DNA of 64,000 nucleotides from Candidatus Latescibacterota bacterium (GCA_965226795.1 CBDDDZ010000005.1:384001-448000); one strand, 5' to 3'; shown: positions 10,547-21,064, counted from the stretch's first letter. The notes: generated from the letters alone by a model not told the origin. Made by a program: numbers and translations.

Positions 10547-11668
10547 ATGGCCGAGACGAAGGCCGAATCCGAGGTATTGGCGACCAACGGCCGGAAACCC
10601 GGTGTCACCCTTATAGATGCGGACGCCCACAATTACCCCGATTCAATGGACGAAATCACGCCCTATCTGTCGAAGCGGTGGCAGGCGTACGTGAAGCAGT
10701 CGGGCTTTACGATACCGTCGGTATCCATCTATCCAAAGCTCTATGCCCAGGCCGCCCGCCGCGACGCGTGGCCTTCAAACGGCAAGAGGCCCGGGTCGGA
10801 CGCCGAATTTGCCCGGGAACAGCTACTGGACACATGGGGTATCGACTATGCGGTCCTGAACCCGCTCGTCGCGGTGTCGGCCGTGCGCAATATCGATCTC
10901 GCCAACGCGCTGCAGCGGGCAGTCAACGAATGGACCAGAGAGGTATGGCTGGATGCCGACCGGCGGTGGCGCGGCTCGATCGTTGTCAATATCCAGGATG
11001 CGGACGCGGCCGCCGCCGAGATCCAGCGTCTCGCCACCGACCGCCGCTTTGTCCAGGTATTGCTGCTGGTCCGCTCTTATGCCCCTTACGGCCGGCGTGA
11101 ATTCAGGCCCATCTTTCGCGCCGCCGCGGCGGCCGACCTGCCCGTGGGCATTCATTTTGGCGGTGGCGGCAATCCCATTACGGCCAGCGGTTGGCCATCC
11201 TATTATATCGAGGATCACACCGGAATGTCGCAGGCCTTTGAGGCCCAGGTCATCAGCCTGGTATGCGAAGGTGTTTTCGAGGAATTGCCGTCGGCCCGGG
11301 TGGCCCTCGTTGAGGGTGGATTTGCCTGGCTGCCGGCACTGATGTGGCGGCTGGACAAGAACTACCGCGGGTTGCACGGCGAAGTACCCTGGCTCCGGAG
11401 GCTGCCCAGCGAATACATCCTGGATCACTTCCGCGCGACGACACAGCCCATGGAGGAACCGGCCGATCCCCGGCACCTGCTCGCCATTCTGGACATGATC
11501 GGGCGCGACGACTTTCTCATGTTCGCCACGGATTACCCGCACTGGGATTTCGACGCGCCCGACCGGGCCCTGCCGCGGGTGATCAAGGGCGCCCTGAGGC
11601 AACGCATCCTCGCCGCAAACGCGGCGGCTTTCTATGGCCTTGAAGACAATCGACATCGGGTCAGTTGA
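10547..11668 (+). CDS. Amidohydrolase_2 family protein
   Basis: IDADAH, PVGIH, EGG..W and FATDYPHWD. Confidence 0.85.
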   Translation: MAETKAESEVLATNGRKPGVTLIDADAHNYPDSMDEITPYLSKRWQAYVKQSGFTIPSVSIYPKLYAQAARRDAWPSNGKRPGSDAEFAREQLLDTWGIDYAVLNPLVAVSAVRNIDLANALQRAVNEWTREVWLDADRRWRGSIVVNIQDADAAAAEIQRLATDRRFVQVLLLVRSYAPYGRREFRPIFRAAAAADLPVGIHFGGGGNPITASGWPSYYIEDHTGMSQAFEAQVISLVCEGVFEELPSARVALVEGGFAWLPALMWRLDKNYRGLHGEVPWLRRLPSEYILDHFRATTQPMEEPADPRHLLAILDMIGRDDFLMFATDYPHWDFDAPDRALPRVIKGALRQRILAANAAAFYGLEDNRHRVS

Positions 11669-11999
11669 CGACTTTGAGGCTGGCCGGCCGCGTCGGGTCG
11701 AAGCGGGGGGGCGGGCGCTGATGGTGGTGCGGAGCGACCGGAGGTTCTTCGCGTTGCGCGATATCTGTCCTCACCAGGGTGCGCCGTTGTCCGCCGGAAA
11801 GTTGGACGGTACAGCCCTGCCGTGTCGTCCCGGCGAGGAGATCTCCTACGGGCGCATGGGCGAGATCCTTACCTGCCCCTGGCACGGGTGGCAATTCGAC
11901 CTGGCGTCCGGCCGCGCCCTGATCGAGCCCGATCGATTCCGGGTGCGGATCTATCCCGTCCACGTTGCAGGCGGCCGCGTGGTCGTACAGATGGATTAG
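11634..11999 (+). CDS. Rieske [2Fe-2S] ferredoxin
   Basis: CPHQG and CPWHG ligand motifs. Confidence 0.9.
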   Translation: MALKTIDIGSVDDFEAGRPRRVEAGGRALMVVRSDRRFFALRDICPHQGAPLSAGKLDGTALPCRPGEEISYGRMGEILTCPWHGWQFDLASGRALIEPDRFRVRIYPVHVAGGRVVVQMD

Positions 12000-12095
12000 C
12001 TCCCCTTCCGCGTTTTCCCGCCCCGTCCGGTCTTAAGGATTCCGGATTTTCGCAGACCCGATACTTAAACGACATTTCCCCGATCGGAGTAACGT

Positions 12096-13280
12096 TTGAT
12101 CCGGATCAGCAATCCGTTTTCCGAATGGAACCCGGACTTCCGACTACTGGGTGCGGCGGTGTTTTCCGTGGGCGTGTTTTTCGGAGTGCAACTTACGTTG
12201 TACAACAATTTCGCCGTGGAACGCCTGGGCATCGAGCCGCACGAACTGGGGTACGTGGAGGCCCTGCGCGAGATGTCGGGATTCATGAACGCGTTTTTCA
12301 TCGCGCTCATGATGCGTCTGGCGCCGCCGGTCGTCGCGGGTGCTTCCCTTGTCGTGATGGGTGCGGGACTTGCCGCGTACGCGGACGTGGATACGGTGTA
12401 TTCCCTCGCGGTATATTCGGCGCTGTGGGGCATCGGGTTCCATTGCTGGATTCCCATGGAGCAGTCCATGGCGTTGCGGTTTTCGCCCGATGGACAGAAG
12501 GGTAAATGGCTGGGTCAGTTGCGCAGCGTGCACGCTTTTGCGTGGCTGTTGACGATCGGGGTCTGCAATCTGGTCTTTCATATGATCCGCTACGACTGGC
12601 TGTTCGTGGGCGCCGGAGCGATCACCGTGCTGGGCGGGCTGGTGATTTTCCTTGCCAGCAGAAAACGCCCGGAAGTGCGGGAGAAGAGTTTTGTATTCCG
12701 ACGGCGCTACGGTCTGTATTACGCGCTGAATTTTCTGCAGGGCTGCCGGAAGCAGATGTTTATCACGTTTGCCATCTTCGCACTGGTGAAAGTCCATGGG
12801 ATGCCGGTGGAAACGACGATGGTACTGGTTCTGATCAATCAGACGCTGATAACGTTAACGGCCCCGTTGATGGGCCGGTTGGTAGACAGGCATGGAGAAC
12901 GGGCCGTGCTCAGCTGGAGCTATATTGGGCTGGTGTTTGTTTTTTTCGGATATGGCGCGATTCAGCACCGTCCGACGCTGTACGTGCTTTATTGTGTCGA
13001 CAATCTTATTTTTTTCGGGGGTATAGCGCTGACAACCTTCCTGCACAAGATCGCACCTCAGGAGGACCTGAAACCGACGCTGTCCATGGGCGTGACAATG
13101 AACCATTTCGCCGCGGTGGCGGCGCCGCTGGCCGGCGGGCTGGTCTGGCGTTACTTCGGTTACCAGGTGATCTTTTTCAGCGGCGCGATCCTGGCTCTGA
13201 TTTCCCTGCTCGTGAGCCAGTGGGTGGATCCGGAGGGAATGCTGCGGCGCGAGCGGGAGGCGGTTGCGTTGGCGGATTGA
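12096..13280 (+). CDS. MFS transporter
   Basis: About 12 hydrophobic segments and the G.LVDRHGER motif A. Confidence 0.85.
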   Translation: MIRISNPFSEWNPDFRLLGAAVFSVGVFFGVQLTLYNNFAVERLGIEPHELGYVEALREMSGFMNAFFIALMMRLAPPVVAGASLVVMGAGLAAYADVDTVYSLAVYSALWGIGFHCWIPMEQSMALRFSPDGQKGKWLGQLRSVHAFAWLLTIGVCNLVFHMIRYDWLFVGAGAITVLGGLVIFLASRKRPEVREKSFVFRRRYGLYYALNFLQGCRKQMFITFAIFALVKVHGMPVETTMVLVLINQTLITLTAPLMGRLVDRHGERAVLSWSYIGLVFVFFGYGAIQHRPTLYVLYCVDNLIFFGGIALTTFLHKIAPQEDLKPTLSMGVTMNHFAAVAAPLAGGLVWRYFGYQVIFFSGAILALISLLVSQWVDPEGMLRREREAVALAD

Positions 13281-13434
13281 CCTGTGCGCCGTACCGCGGC
13301 GAATAAGGGGAGGTGGGTCCGGCACCCGGCCGTCCGGCGCTGTCGGGCGTGGTAATGGACGAAAGACGAACCGGATTCTGTCTTGGCAACTCATTGCGCG
13401 ATAACGGCCGGTTTCATCGGATTTGGAGGGAAGG

Positions 13435-14388
13435 ATGGAATTTCGAGAACTTGGAAAAACTGGAATTCGAATTTCGGAGGTGGGGCTGGGCTGCTGGCCC
13501 ATTGGCGGGGCGTCGTTCAGGGGGGGCAGTCCAACGGGATGGTCCGGCGTGGACGTGATGGAGTCGATCGAAACGGTCCGCCGTTCGTGGGAGCAGAGTG
13601 TGACATTCTACGATACCGCGGACGCGTACGGTCGGGGGAAGAGCGAAGTGCTGGTGGGTATGGGACTTTACGAAAACAAAAACGAGGCCGTGATCTGCAC
13701 CAAGGTCGGGATGAGTCTGGCGGCGCCGGGCCAGGACTTCTCGGAGCCGTATATCCTGGGCGCGTTGGATGCGAGTCTTACTCGTCTGGAGCGCGATTAC
13801 GTGGATCTTTATTTGCTGCACGGTCCTCCCCTTGAGGGGATGACCGATGCGTTGTTCGGACTTATGAAGGACTTGAAGGGATCGGGCAAGATTCGTGCAT
13901 GGGGCGTGTCGATCAGTCCGGTGGAGACCTCCGACAGGGTCGTGGAGGAAGGACTGCGCGCCATGGAAGGAGGAGCCGAGGCCATCCAGCTGGTGTACAA
14001 TATTCTGCAGCAGAAGGAGGGCGACGCGCTGTTCCCCGTAGCCATGGAAAAAGGGGTGGGGATGATCGCGCGTGTTCCGCTGGCTTCGGGCTGGCTGACG
14101 GGGAAATACAACGCGCAAACGGCGTTTCCCGCAGACGATTTACGTAGTCTCAGATACACGCCCGAGAGGGTGCGAGAGACTGCCGAATTGGTCGCGAAGC
14201 TGGATTTTCTGCTGGAAGAGGCAGATTCGATGGTCGAAGCAGCCCTGCGGTTCGTGCTCTCCAATCCGGCGGTTTCAACCGTTATTCCCGGCGCGAAGAC
14301 ACCCGCGCAACTTAGAGGTATCGTCAACGCCGCCGGGATGACGCTTTCTCGCAACTCGCTGGATCGGATTAGGGAGTTGTTCGGCTGA
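13435..14388 (+). CDS. Aldo/keto reductase
   Basis: LGKTGIRISEVGLG, YDTADAYG, SL.RL..DYVDLYLLH. Confidence 0.9.
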   Translation: MEFRELGKTGIRISEVGLGCWPIGGASFRGGSPTGWSGVDVMESIETVRRSWEQSVTFYDTADAYGRGKSEVLVGMGLYENKNEAVICTKVGMSLAAPGQDFSEPYILGALDASLTRLERDYVDLYLLHGPPLEGMTDALFGLMKDLKGSGKIRAWGVSISPVETSDRVVEEGLRAMEGGAEAIQLVYNILQQKEGDALFPVAMEKGVGMIARVPLASGWLTGKYNAQTAFPADDLRSLRYTPERVRETAELVAKLDFLLEEADSMVEAALRFVLSNPAVSTVIPGAKTPAQLRGIVNAAGMTLSRNSLDRIRELFG

Positions 14389-14516
14389 ACGTACACGGTT
14401 GGCGAACGACCGGGGAAGTGACGCCGGATCCGCAACGAGGTGTTGGCGCGAATCTTGTGTTTGTACAAGGCGCACGGACAGAACCTGCGATGAAATAAAC
14501 GGATGGAGGGTTCAAT

Positions 14517-15500
14517 ATGGTTGGGTTTGCGGTGGTTGGCCTGGGTATGGGACACAACAGGTCCAGGATTATACAGGAAACCGACGGAGCGGAATTGAAG
14601 GTGGTGGTGGATCTGGACAAAACTCGGCTCAAGAGGGTAAGTTCAGAACTGGGCGTGGAGGGAACAACGGATCTGGACGCGGCGTTGAATCGTGATGACG
14701 TGGACGTGGTGATGGTGATGACGCCCAGCGGGACCCATGCCGGTTTGGGCATTCAAGCCGCTCGCGCGGGCAAACATGTCATCACGACCAAGCCCATGGA
14801 TGTGTCTACCGGGGCGTGCGATCGGCTGATTGCGGCATGCGACGAGGCGGGTGTGCTCTGCGGCGTGGATTACCAGAGCCGGTACGTCGACAACAACTAT
14901 CGGGTGGCCGAGGCGCTGCGGCAGGGGTGGTTGGGAAAGCCCATTCTCGGTGAGGTGCGATTCAAATGGTTCCGCGCGCCGTCCTATTTCACGGCAAGCG
15001 GCGGCTGGCGTGGCACCTGGAAAATGGACGGCGGCGGATCGCTGGCCAACCAGGGTGCGCATTTGCTGGACGTGCTGTGCTGGTTTATGGGCGACGCGGT
15101 TTCTGTCTATGGCGAAATGGCTATTATGAATCACGAAATCGAGACAGAGGATATCGGGTTGGCAATCGTGAATTTCGAGAATGGCGCAAAAGGTACGGTT
15201 CTGGGGACCACCACGTTTCCAACGAGTATCTATTTCAGCGCCGAAGTTCACGGGACGGACGGCGGGGTGTTGATCGACGACGTGCTAAGTGGCAATATGC
15301 GGGTATTCGGTGAGGGTCTGCAGGAGCGTCTGGCGGCGGTGGAGAACCCGCTTCAGAATATCGTGCAGGACGTGGTCAGCGCGGTGGAGAGAAAGACGCC
15401 GCTCCGTGTCGACGGAAGGGAAGGCCGCCGGACTGTGGCGTTGCTGGAGGCCATCTATGCGTCCGCTCGGGAGGGTCGGCCGCTTAAGGTCGGCGCATGA
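14517..15500 (+). CDS. Gfo/Idh/MocA family oxidoreductase
   Basis: VGLGMG, TPSGTH, TKP, WRG.W..DGGG.L.NQG.H. Confidence 0.9.
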   Translation: MVGFAVVGLGMGHNRSRIIQETDGAELKVVVDLDKTRLKRVSSELGVEGTTDLDAALNRDDVDVVMVMTPSGTHAGLGIQAARAGKHVITTKPMDVSTGACDRLIAACDEAGVLCGVDYQSRYVDNNYRVAEALRQGWLGKPILGEVRFKWFRAPSYFTASGGWRGTWKMDGGGSLANQGAHLLDVLCWFMGDAVSVYGEMAIMNHEIETEDIGLAIVNFENGAKGTVLGTTTFPTSIYFSAEVHGTDGGVLIDDVLSGNMRVFGEGLQERLAAVENPLQNIVQDVVSAVERKTPLRVDGREGRRTVALLEAIYASAREGRPLKVGA

Positions 15501-15580
15501 GTGATGGGATGGGTCTCCGTCATTCCCGGCGAGGCCCACCGCCGGGAATCGAGCTCCGCGATCGGCTCCGCGCCCGCCGG

Positions 15581-15931
15581 CTACGCGTGGCCGTGGTCGT
15601 GATCCTCGTGTGAATCCGAGGCGTATTCCAGTGTCTTTGCCGCCAGTTGTTCGCGGGCGACAAGGCCCATTTCGACGGCCAATTTCTCAAGCGAAGCCAC
15701 CCATCGGGCGTAGTAACTCGATGGGTCGTTTTCTTTTTCTGCGGCGGCAATCCTGGAAGCCAACGCCGCGCTGAATTCGCGCCATTCGTACACGCCCCTC
15801 TCACAAAGCGCTACGGCCAGACCGAAAGCGCGTGCTTCCCACGGGGCATGGAAAAGCAGTTCTCCGTTTTCTCTGGGCAGCGCAAACTCTGCGTTCGCCT
15901 CTGCGATTTTCCGGTCGATGCCGCGGGTCAT
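15581..15931 (-). CDS. Nitrile hydratase accessory (activator) protein
   Basis: F.APWEARAF, W.EF and YY..W..SLE motifs, a His-rich C-terminus, and position directly after the alpha subunit. Confidence 0.85.
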   Translation of the reverse strand: MTRGIDRKIAEANAEFALPRENGELLFHAPWEARAFGLAVALCERGVYEWREFSAALASRIAAAEKENDPSSYYARWVASLEKLAVEMGLVAREQLAAKTLEYASDSHEDHDHGHA

Positions 15932-15938
15932 TTTCGTC

Positions 15939-16547
15939 TCACGTTTCCGGAAATTCTATTTTGGCCACTCCGATCATTGCATCGCGCGTGACCAGCGGGA
16001 CAAGCTCCCCTTCGGTATAGCCTTCCGTGCCGTCGGGCTGTTCCGGCAGTACCATATAGCGGAGATCCGAATTGCTGTCCCAGACGCGGACCTCTACTGA
16101 ATCCGGCAGATGAAGGTCGAATTCCCGAAGCACGGCTCGGGGTTCCCGGACGAGGCGTGAGCGATAGGCGTAGGACTTGTACCAGCCGGGCGGCAGGCCG
16201 AGCACCGGCCAGGGATAACAGGAGCAAAGGGTGCAGACGACGACGTGGTGGACCGTTGACGTGTTTTCCAGGACAACGATATCGGCGCTTTCTTTGCCGA
16301 CGAAACCCAGTTCGGCTATCGCCGTCGTGCCGTTCTCCAGCAGTCTGCGCTTGTAGTCGGGGTCCGTCCAGGCGTGGGCTACCACCCTGGCGCCGTTGAG
16401 CGGCCCCACGTCTTTCTCGTACCTGTCTACGACTCTATCTATGATGTCGGTCGTCAGCAACCCTTTTTCAACCAGGAGCGATTCAAGGGCCCGGGTGCGC
16501 AGGGCCGCGTCGGACTCGCTCGGGACAGTTTCTCCATCTCTGCTCAT
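15939..16547 (-). CDS. nthA: Nitrile hydratase alpha subunit, cobalt type
   Basis: VCTLCSCY metal-binding motif (Thr/Tyr indicates Co type), plus GARVVA.AW.DP and GLPP.WYK...YR.R. Confidence 0.95.
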   Translation of the reverse strand: MSRDGETVPSESDAALRTRALESLLVEKGLLTTDIIDRVVDRYEKDVGPLNGARVVAHAWTDPDYKRRLLENGTTAIAELGFVGKESADIVVLENTSTVHHVVVCTLCSCYPWPVLGLPPGWYKSYAYRSRLVREPRAVLREFDLHLPDSVEVRVWDSNSDLRYMVLPEQPDGTEGYTEGELVPLVTRDAMIGVAKIEFPET

Positions 16548-16577
16548 GGTAGCCGATCTCCTCTATTCAAATTGTGA

Positions 16578-17249
16578 TTACGCCGGTTCCAGGTAGCCTT
16601 CCCACATGTCCAGATACACGGCGTTTTCGGCTTCGGCCGACTCCCCCCACAATTCACGGGATTCGAAGCGGACGGCATAAAGCGGTTGCTCGCGGCGCAC
16701 GCTCCCTCCGGGCATTACGGTGTCCTGGAGCTTGTGGATTCCGTAGAAGCGTGCGACGGTACCGACCTTGCCCCGGACGTATCGGGGAAGCCGGGTGTGT
16801 CCTTCGGGGTGGATGTTGCGCGCCATTACCGGGTCGCCCTTTTGAAATTGCCACCGGATATCCACTTGCGATCCGGGCGATGAAACGGGACCTGGACCTG
16901 CGCGTCCTGCCCGGACGGCATCCGGGTCGGGGTGGACCGGGGTCACGGCGTCCGGCCTGTTTCGGAATAGAGACATTCTCGTCTCCAATTCGTCTGCTGT
17001 CAGCACTTGGGCGTCGATCAGGCCCTTGATTCTGGAATGCAGCCATTTTTCATAGTAGGAGGAAGACAGGTAGAATGCCGGATCCATATTTTCGATATTG
17101 CTGCGTGAACCTCCGGGGACGGGTACGGGTGTGGCTACGGCGACGCCCAGCACGCGCCTTTCCCACCGATGGTGAAATAACGGTTCGTTTTCTTCGCGTA
17201 CGATAGGGCCGAATCCGTGCATGCCGCCCATGTCGTGTATGCCGTCCAT
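16578..17249 (-). CDS. nthB: Nitrile hydratase beta subunit
   Basis: MDGIHDMGG, YYEKW, HTRLPRY.RGK.G, DMWE.YLEPA. Confidence 0.95.
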   Translation of the reverse strand: MDGIHDMGGMHGFGPIVREENEPLFHHRWERRVLGVAVATPVPVPGGSRSNIENMDPAFYLSSSYYEKWLHSRIKGLIDAQVLTADELETRMSLFRNRPDAVTPVHPDPDAVRAGRAGPGPVSSPGSQVDIRWQFQKGDPVMARNIHPEGHTRLPRYVRGKVGTVARFYGIHKLQDTVMPGGSVRREQPLYAVRFESRELWGESAEAENAVYLDMWEGYLEPA

Positions 17250-17331
17250 GTTTCGCTCCTGTGGTTCTGTGCGGCCCGTGTACCCGCTTCGGCACGTCCA
17301 GGGGCGTTTCGTGTTGAGGAGGATCGCTCAA

Positions 17332-18042
17332 TCAGGTTCTTCGGGCGTCGTTTCCGTCGTACACGATATTGCCGCGGATCCGAATGCGTTTGGGGTTTGC
17401 CACATCGGAGAGTTCATCCACACTGTGGTATCCGATGGTCATACTCATGCGGGTGCTGCCTGTACGGTTCTGACCGATGCCGTGCATAATCATGCTGTCG
17501 ATCACCAGCATGCCGCCCGCGGGCATGGGCGCGACCAGCGCCTGCCCGAGTAAGGAGCTGGTCCACGCCGGTCCGTAAAGGGGACCGCCGATGCCGGGAA
17601 AATGGTGGGAGCCAGGCACGAGAAGAGTGGCTCCGTTTTCGGCCGTCGTCTCTTCCAGGTAGAAGATTACCGTAAAGATCGTCCGTGTCCATTGTCTGAC
17701 GTCGCGGTGCAATCCGTCCGTCCGAGTCTCCGCTGACATGTTCAGCGTTGCGTGGTTGTGCCGGTTCTTGACGAGTTCAATATTCGGCCCCATCAGACAT
17801 TCCAGCGGGTCGAGCACAATGGAGGTGGACGCGGTATCAAGGAAGATCGGATCTCTGTCCACCAGATCTGAAATCCTGACCACCCTTCCGTCTATGTTCC
17901 TCACCACGGGCTCGACCTCCGCCTCAATATCCGCCAGAATAGCCCGCCGGAGACCTTCAATCGTCTCTAGGGGAATACGATCCGGCAGTTTCAGGAAGCC
18001 GTTGTGGCGAAACAGGTGTACCTGTTCGGGTGAGAGGGACAT
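17332..18042 (-). CDS. Phytanoyl-CoA dioxygenase (PhyH) family Fe(II)/2OG oxygenase with canonical HxD...H
   Basis: LHRD, ENGAT..VPGSH, MHGIGQN..R. Confidence 0.85.
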   Translation of the reverse strand: MSLSPEQVHLFRHNGFLKLPDRIPLETIEGLRRAILADIEAEVEPVVRNIDGRVVRISDLVDRDPIFLDTASTSIVLDPLECLMGPNIELVKNRHNHATLNMSAETRTDGLHRDVRQWTRTIFTVIFYLEETTAENGATLLVPGSHHFPGIGGPLYGPAWTSSLLGQALVAPMPAGGMLVIDSMIMHGIGQNRTGSTRMSMTIGYHSVDELSDVANPKRIRIRGNIVYDGNDARRT

Positions 18043-18056
18043 AGACGATGTTCCCG

Positions 18057-18794
18057 TTATGCGTGTTGCGGGAAAGGGTGGGGGTGCCCGATGTAGATTC
18101 GTTCTCCGGCCGCGAGTATTTTTTCCGGGTCGTCTTTTACCACGTCGTGCGGGTCGTGCGCCTGGTAGGCCAGGGTCATGCTTCTGCGGGAAGTGCCGGT
18201 GCCGTTGACGCCCGCGCCGTGGAAACAGCAGTCGTTGAAGAGCAGCACACCGCCCCGGGACATAGGCACCGGAAGGGATTTGTGGTAGAGATCGCTCGAT
18301 TCGAATCCCTCTTCCGGACGCCGCTGGCGCTGGAAGGGGCGCCGATGACTTCCCGGCACGATGCGGATGCAGCCGTTCTCCAGGTTGGATTCCTCGAGGT
18401 AGATGAGGGCGGTGACCAGCGTGGGATGGTAGGGTTCCTCCCCGCTGTGCCAGTAAACGTGTTCGGACCCGGGCGGGCGCACCATGATGTGATTGTGTTT
18501 GTTCGTGAGCAGTTCGATATTGGGCCCAAGGATGGATGTCAGTGGATCCAGGACGACAGGATGAACGGCAGCTTCCAGGTACGCACGGTCGCGTGAGAGA
18601 ATCTTTGAGAGCCGTCGCACGTCATGCGGTTCGCGGGAGCCGGTTTTCTCCCATACAACCGGCTCGATCATCCCGGTGATCTGCTGATCGGTCACGGTAT
18701 TAAGGCGTTCGACCAGGTCGCCGGGCAGTGGTTCCGGAACCCTGTGGAAGCCGGTGTGGTTGAAATACCAGAGATCCTCTTCGTTCAGGGGCAA
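18057..18794 (-). CDS. PhyH family Fe(II)/2OG enzyme with non-canonical HxG motif
   Basis: WHSG in place of WHxD, plus ENGC..IVPGSH and FHGAG.N....RR. TTG start after GGGAGA. Confidence 0.8.
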   Translation of the reverse strand: MPLNEEDLWYFNHTGFHRVPEPLPGDLVERLNTVTDQQITGMIEPVVWEKTGSREPHDVRRLSKILSRDRAYLEAAVHPVVLDPLTSILGPNIELLTNKHNHIMVRPPGSEHVYWHSGEEPYHPTLVTALIYLEESNLENGCIRIVPGSHRRPFQRQRRPEEGFESSDLYHKSLPVPMSRGGVLLFNDCCFHGAGVNGTGTSRRSMTLAYQAHDPHDVVKDDPEKILAAGERIYIGHPHPFPQHA

Positions 18795-19140
18795 GACATT
18801 CTCCCGCGCTTTGTGAGCGGTTGAACCCAGCAGATCCGAGATTCGAATTTCTCGGGTATGTTATAACGTTTCCAGACGCTCTGTCAAGGTTAATCTGGAG
18901 GTCCGGGCGGTGGATGGATGCCCGTCCGTTCGAAGCCCGGCGCTGGCGGATAGTGGGGAGGCGACACCGGTCATTTTTACTTTGGCGTGAATCCCAAAAA
19001 CCATTATATTCTAACTAGAAGTGTTTGATGCCCACTCCTGTCGGGCGTCAGCACGTCAGGATGGGTAGACGATCTGCTATGGTCGTGTGGCCATTCCCGA
19101 ATGGTCGGTCTTTTTATGTGAACTTGGAAAGGGTTGCTAC

Positions 19141-20988
19141 ATGCCGAATGCGTTGCTGGTCAGTCCCCAGAATCCGGTTACGTTCTGGAGTTTTGAGGAA
19201 GCCCTCAAAATGGTCGATAGGAAAGTCGCATTTCCGCCACTGGGTCTGCTGACCATTGCGGGAATGATGCCCGATTCCTACAAAATGCGGATGGTCGACA
19301 TGAATGCGCGCCCGCTGATCGACGAGGAGCTTGAGTGGGCCGATATTGTCATAACGTCGTCGATGATCATACATTGGCACTCTTTGGAAGACGTGATTGC
19401 ACGCTGCAACCGGATGGGCGTGCCGGTATTGAACGGAGGCCCTCTGCCCACTCAATACTACGAAGAGATCGAGGGGGATGCGATATTTTATCTGGGCGAG
19501 GCCGAAAACGGGTTTTTGGATATTGTAGATCGACTCGCTTCCGGTACAGGAGAGGTTGAACGGGAATACGTGGATCGTCGCGGCAAATTTCTGGATCTGG
19601 CGGCAACACCGCTCCCGCGCTGGTCCCTCGTCGATTTCGAAGACTATAGCAATATGGTATTCCAGGTCACGCGCGGGTGCCCCGAAAGCTGCACATTCTG
19701 CAATATTCCTTCGTTATATGGAAAAACAACGCGCCTTAAGAGCAAGAGCAGAATGGTCGAGGAACTGGACGCGCTCTACAATGTGGGGTGGCGTGGTGCC
19801 GTGATGGCGGTCGACGATAATTTCGTGGGTAACCGGGACGCCATTCGGCACGCTCTGACCGATGAGGTCGTGCCGTGGCAGCAGGAGCGCGGGTATCCGT
19901 TCCAGTTCCATACCCAGGCCAGCATCCGCGTGAGCGACGATCCGGAATTGCTCGACGCCATGTATCACGCGGGGTTCGACAAAGTGTTCGCCGGAATTGA
20001 GTCACCGGTTGAAGAGAGCCTGAAATTCATGGGTGCCCAGAAGAATCTGCAGGGCAAGGCCTCGTTGATGGACAAGGTCAAAATTCTCCAGAAAACCGGG
20101 TTCGAAGTGCAGGCGGGATTCATTATCGGCCTGGACACCGACCCGGACGATATCGCCGAACGGACCATCGCCTTCATCAGGGAGGCGGGCATTCCGGTAG
20201 CTATGGTGGGTATTCTGGGTGTGTTGCGGGATACGCCCGACTACAAGCGGTTCAGCAGGCAGGGGCGGTTGGTGGAGGGTGCGAAGTACACCGGAGATTC
20301 GGGAATTTTCAGCCGTGAACTGAGCTACGTCCCGCTGATCGATCCGGATACGTTGCTGGAACGGCATCGGAAGACGGTTGAAATATTAAACAGCCCGGAG
20401 AACTTTTTCGAACGATGCCTCACATTCCTGAATCACCGGGGGCGTAATCCGATTTCCAGAGGACCTATCCGGATGCTCGAGGTCAAGGCGGTTTTCAGGT
20501 CGATCTGGCGCCAGGGCATCTGGGGCCGGAATTACCGGTGGCACTACTGGAAGTTTCTGTTACAAGTGCTCATTAAACATCCCGCCAGTCTGCCGGACGG
20601 GGTGCGTCTGGCCGTGCAGGGGCATCACCTGATACTGACCACGCAACGCGCGTTGCAGGTAGACGAGGTGAAGACGTTTCTTGACGAGGCGTCCGAACAT
20701 CTGGAGCATTTCAGGAATGGCTATCGCGCGGCCTACCGGAAGAACATGGGCGCGTACGCCAGCCGGCTCATGAGATCGGTGCACCATCGCTTCGAGCACT
20801 TTCAGGACGACCAGAGGACCCTTCAGCATCACGCCAAGGTGCTCCGGGGGGCCGCCCAGGAGTACTATCAGGCAACCTGTGAGGAATTCCGGCACCAGAT
20901 CCAGGAGCCGCTGGAACGATTTCAACAGGATACCGATCACTTGCTGCGGACCCTCTCGGCCGAGCAGGCCGCACTTCAGAGGTCGTAG
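19141..20988 (+). CDS. B12-binding radical SAM protein (DUF4070-type) with a helical C-terminal extension
   Basis: PPLGLLT N-terminal region, RGCPESCTFC, VDDNF, GFIIGLD.D. Confidence 0.85.
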   Translation: MPNALLVSPQNPVTFWSFEEALKMVDRKVAFPPLGLLTIAGMMPDSYKMRMVDMNARPLIDEELEWADIVITSSMIIHWHSLEDVIARCNRMGVPVLNGGPLPTQYYEEIEGDAIFYLGEAENGFLDIVDRLASGTGEVEREYVDRRGKFLDLAATPLPRWSLVDFEDYSNMVFQVTRGCPESCTFCNIPSLYGKTTRLKSKSRMVEELDALYNVGWRGAVMAVDDNFVGNRDAIRHALTDEVVPWQQERGYPFQFHTQASIRVSDDPELLDAMYHAGFDKVFAGIESPVEESLKFMGAQKNLQGKASLMDKVKILQKTGFEVQAGFIIGLDTDPDDIAERTIAFIREAGIPVAMVGILGVLRDTPDYKRFSRQGRLVEGAKYTGDSGIFSRELSYVPLIDPDTLLERHRKTVEILNSPENFFERCLTFLNHRGRNPISRGPIRMLEVKAVFRSIWRQGIWGRNYRWHYWKFLLQVLIKHPASLPDGVRLAVQGHHLILTTQRALQVDEVKTFLDEASEHLEHFRNGYRAAYRKNMGAYASRLMRSVHHRFEHFQDDQRTLQHHAKVLRGAAQEYYQATCEEFRHQIQEPLERFQQDTDHLLRTLSAEQAALQRS

Positions 20989-21064
20989 TGTAAGCGCCGC
21001 GCTGTTCCCGGATTCAGTTTGAAGGCGGTGGTTTGCCAACCATACCCGGGTACGGCGCGGCGCT

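Noticed and set aside
15581..17249. Nitrile-hydratase-like leader peptide (NHLP) RiPP cluster
   Set aside because: The alpha subunit has the intact CTLCSC metal site with beta and accessory genes, and no YcaO, LanM or peptidase transporter is nearby.
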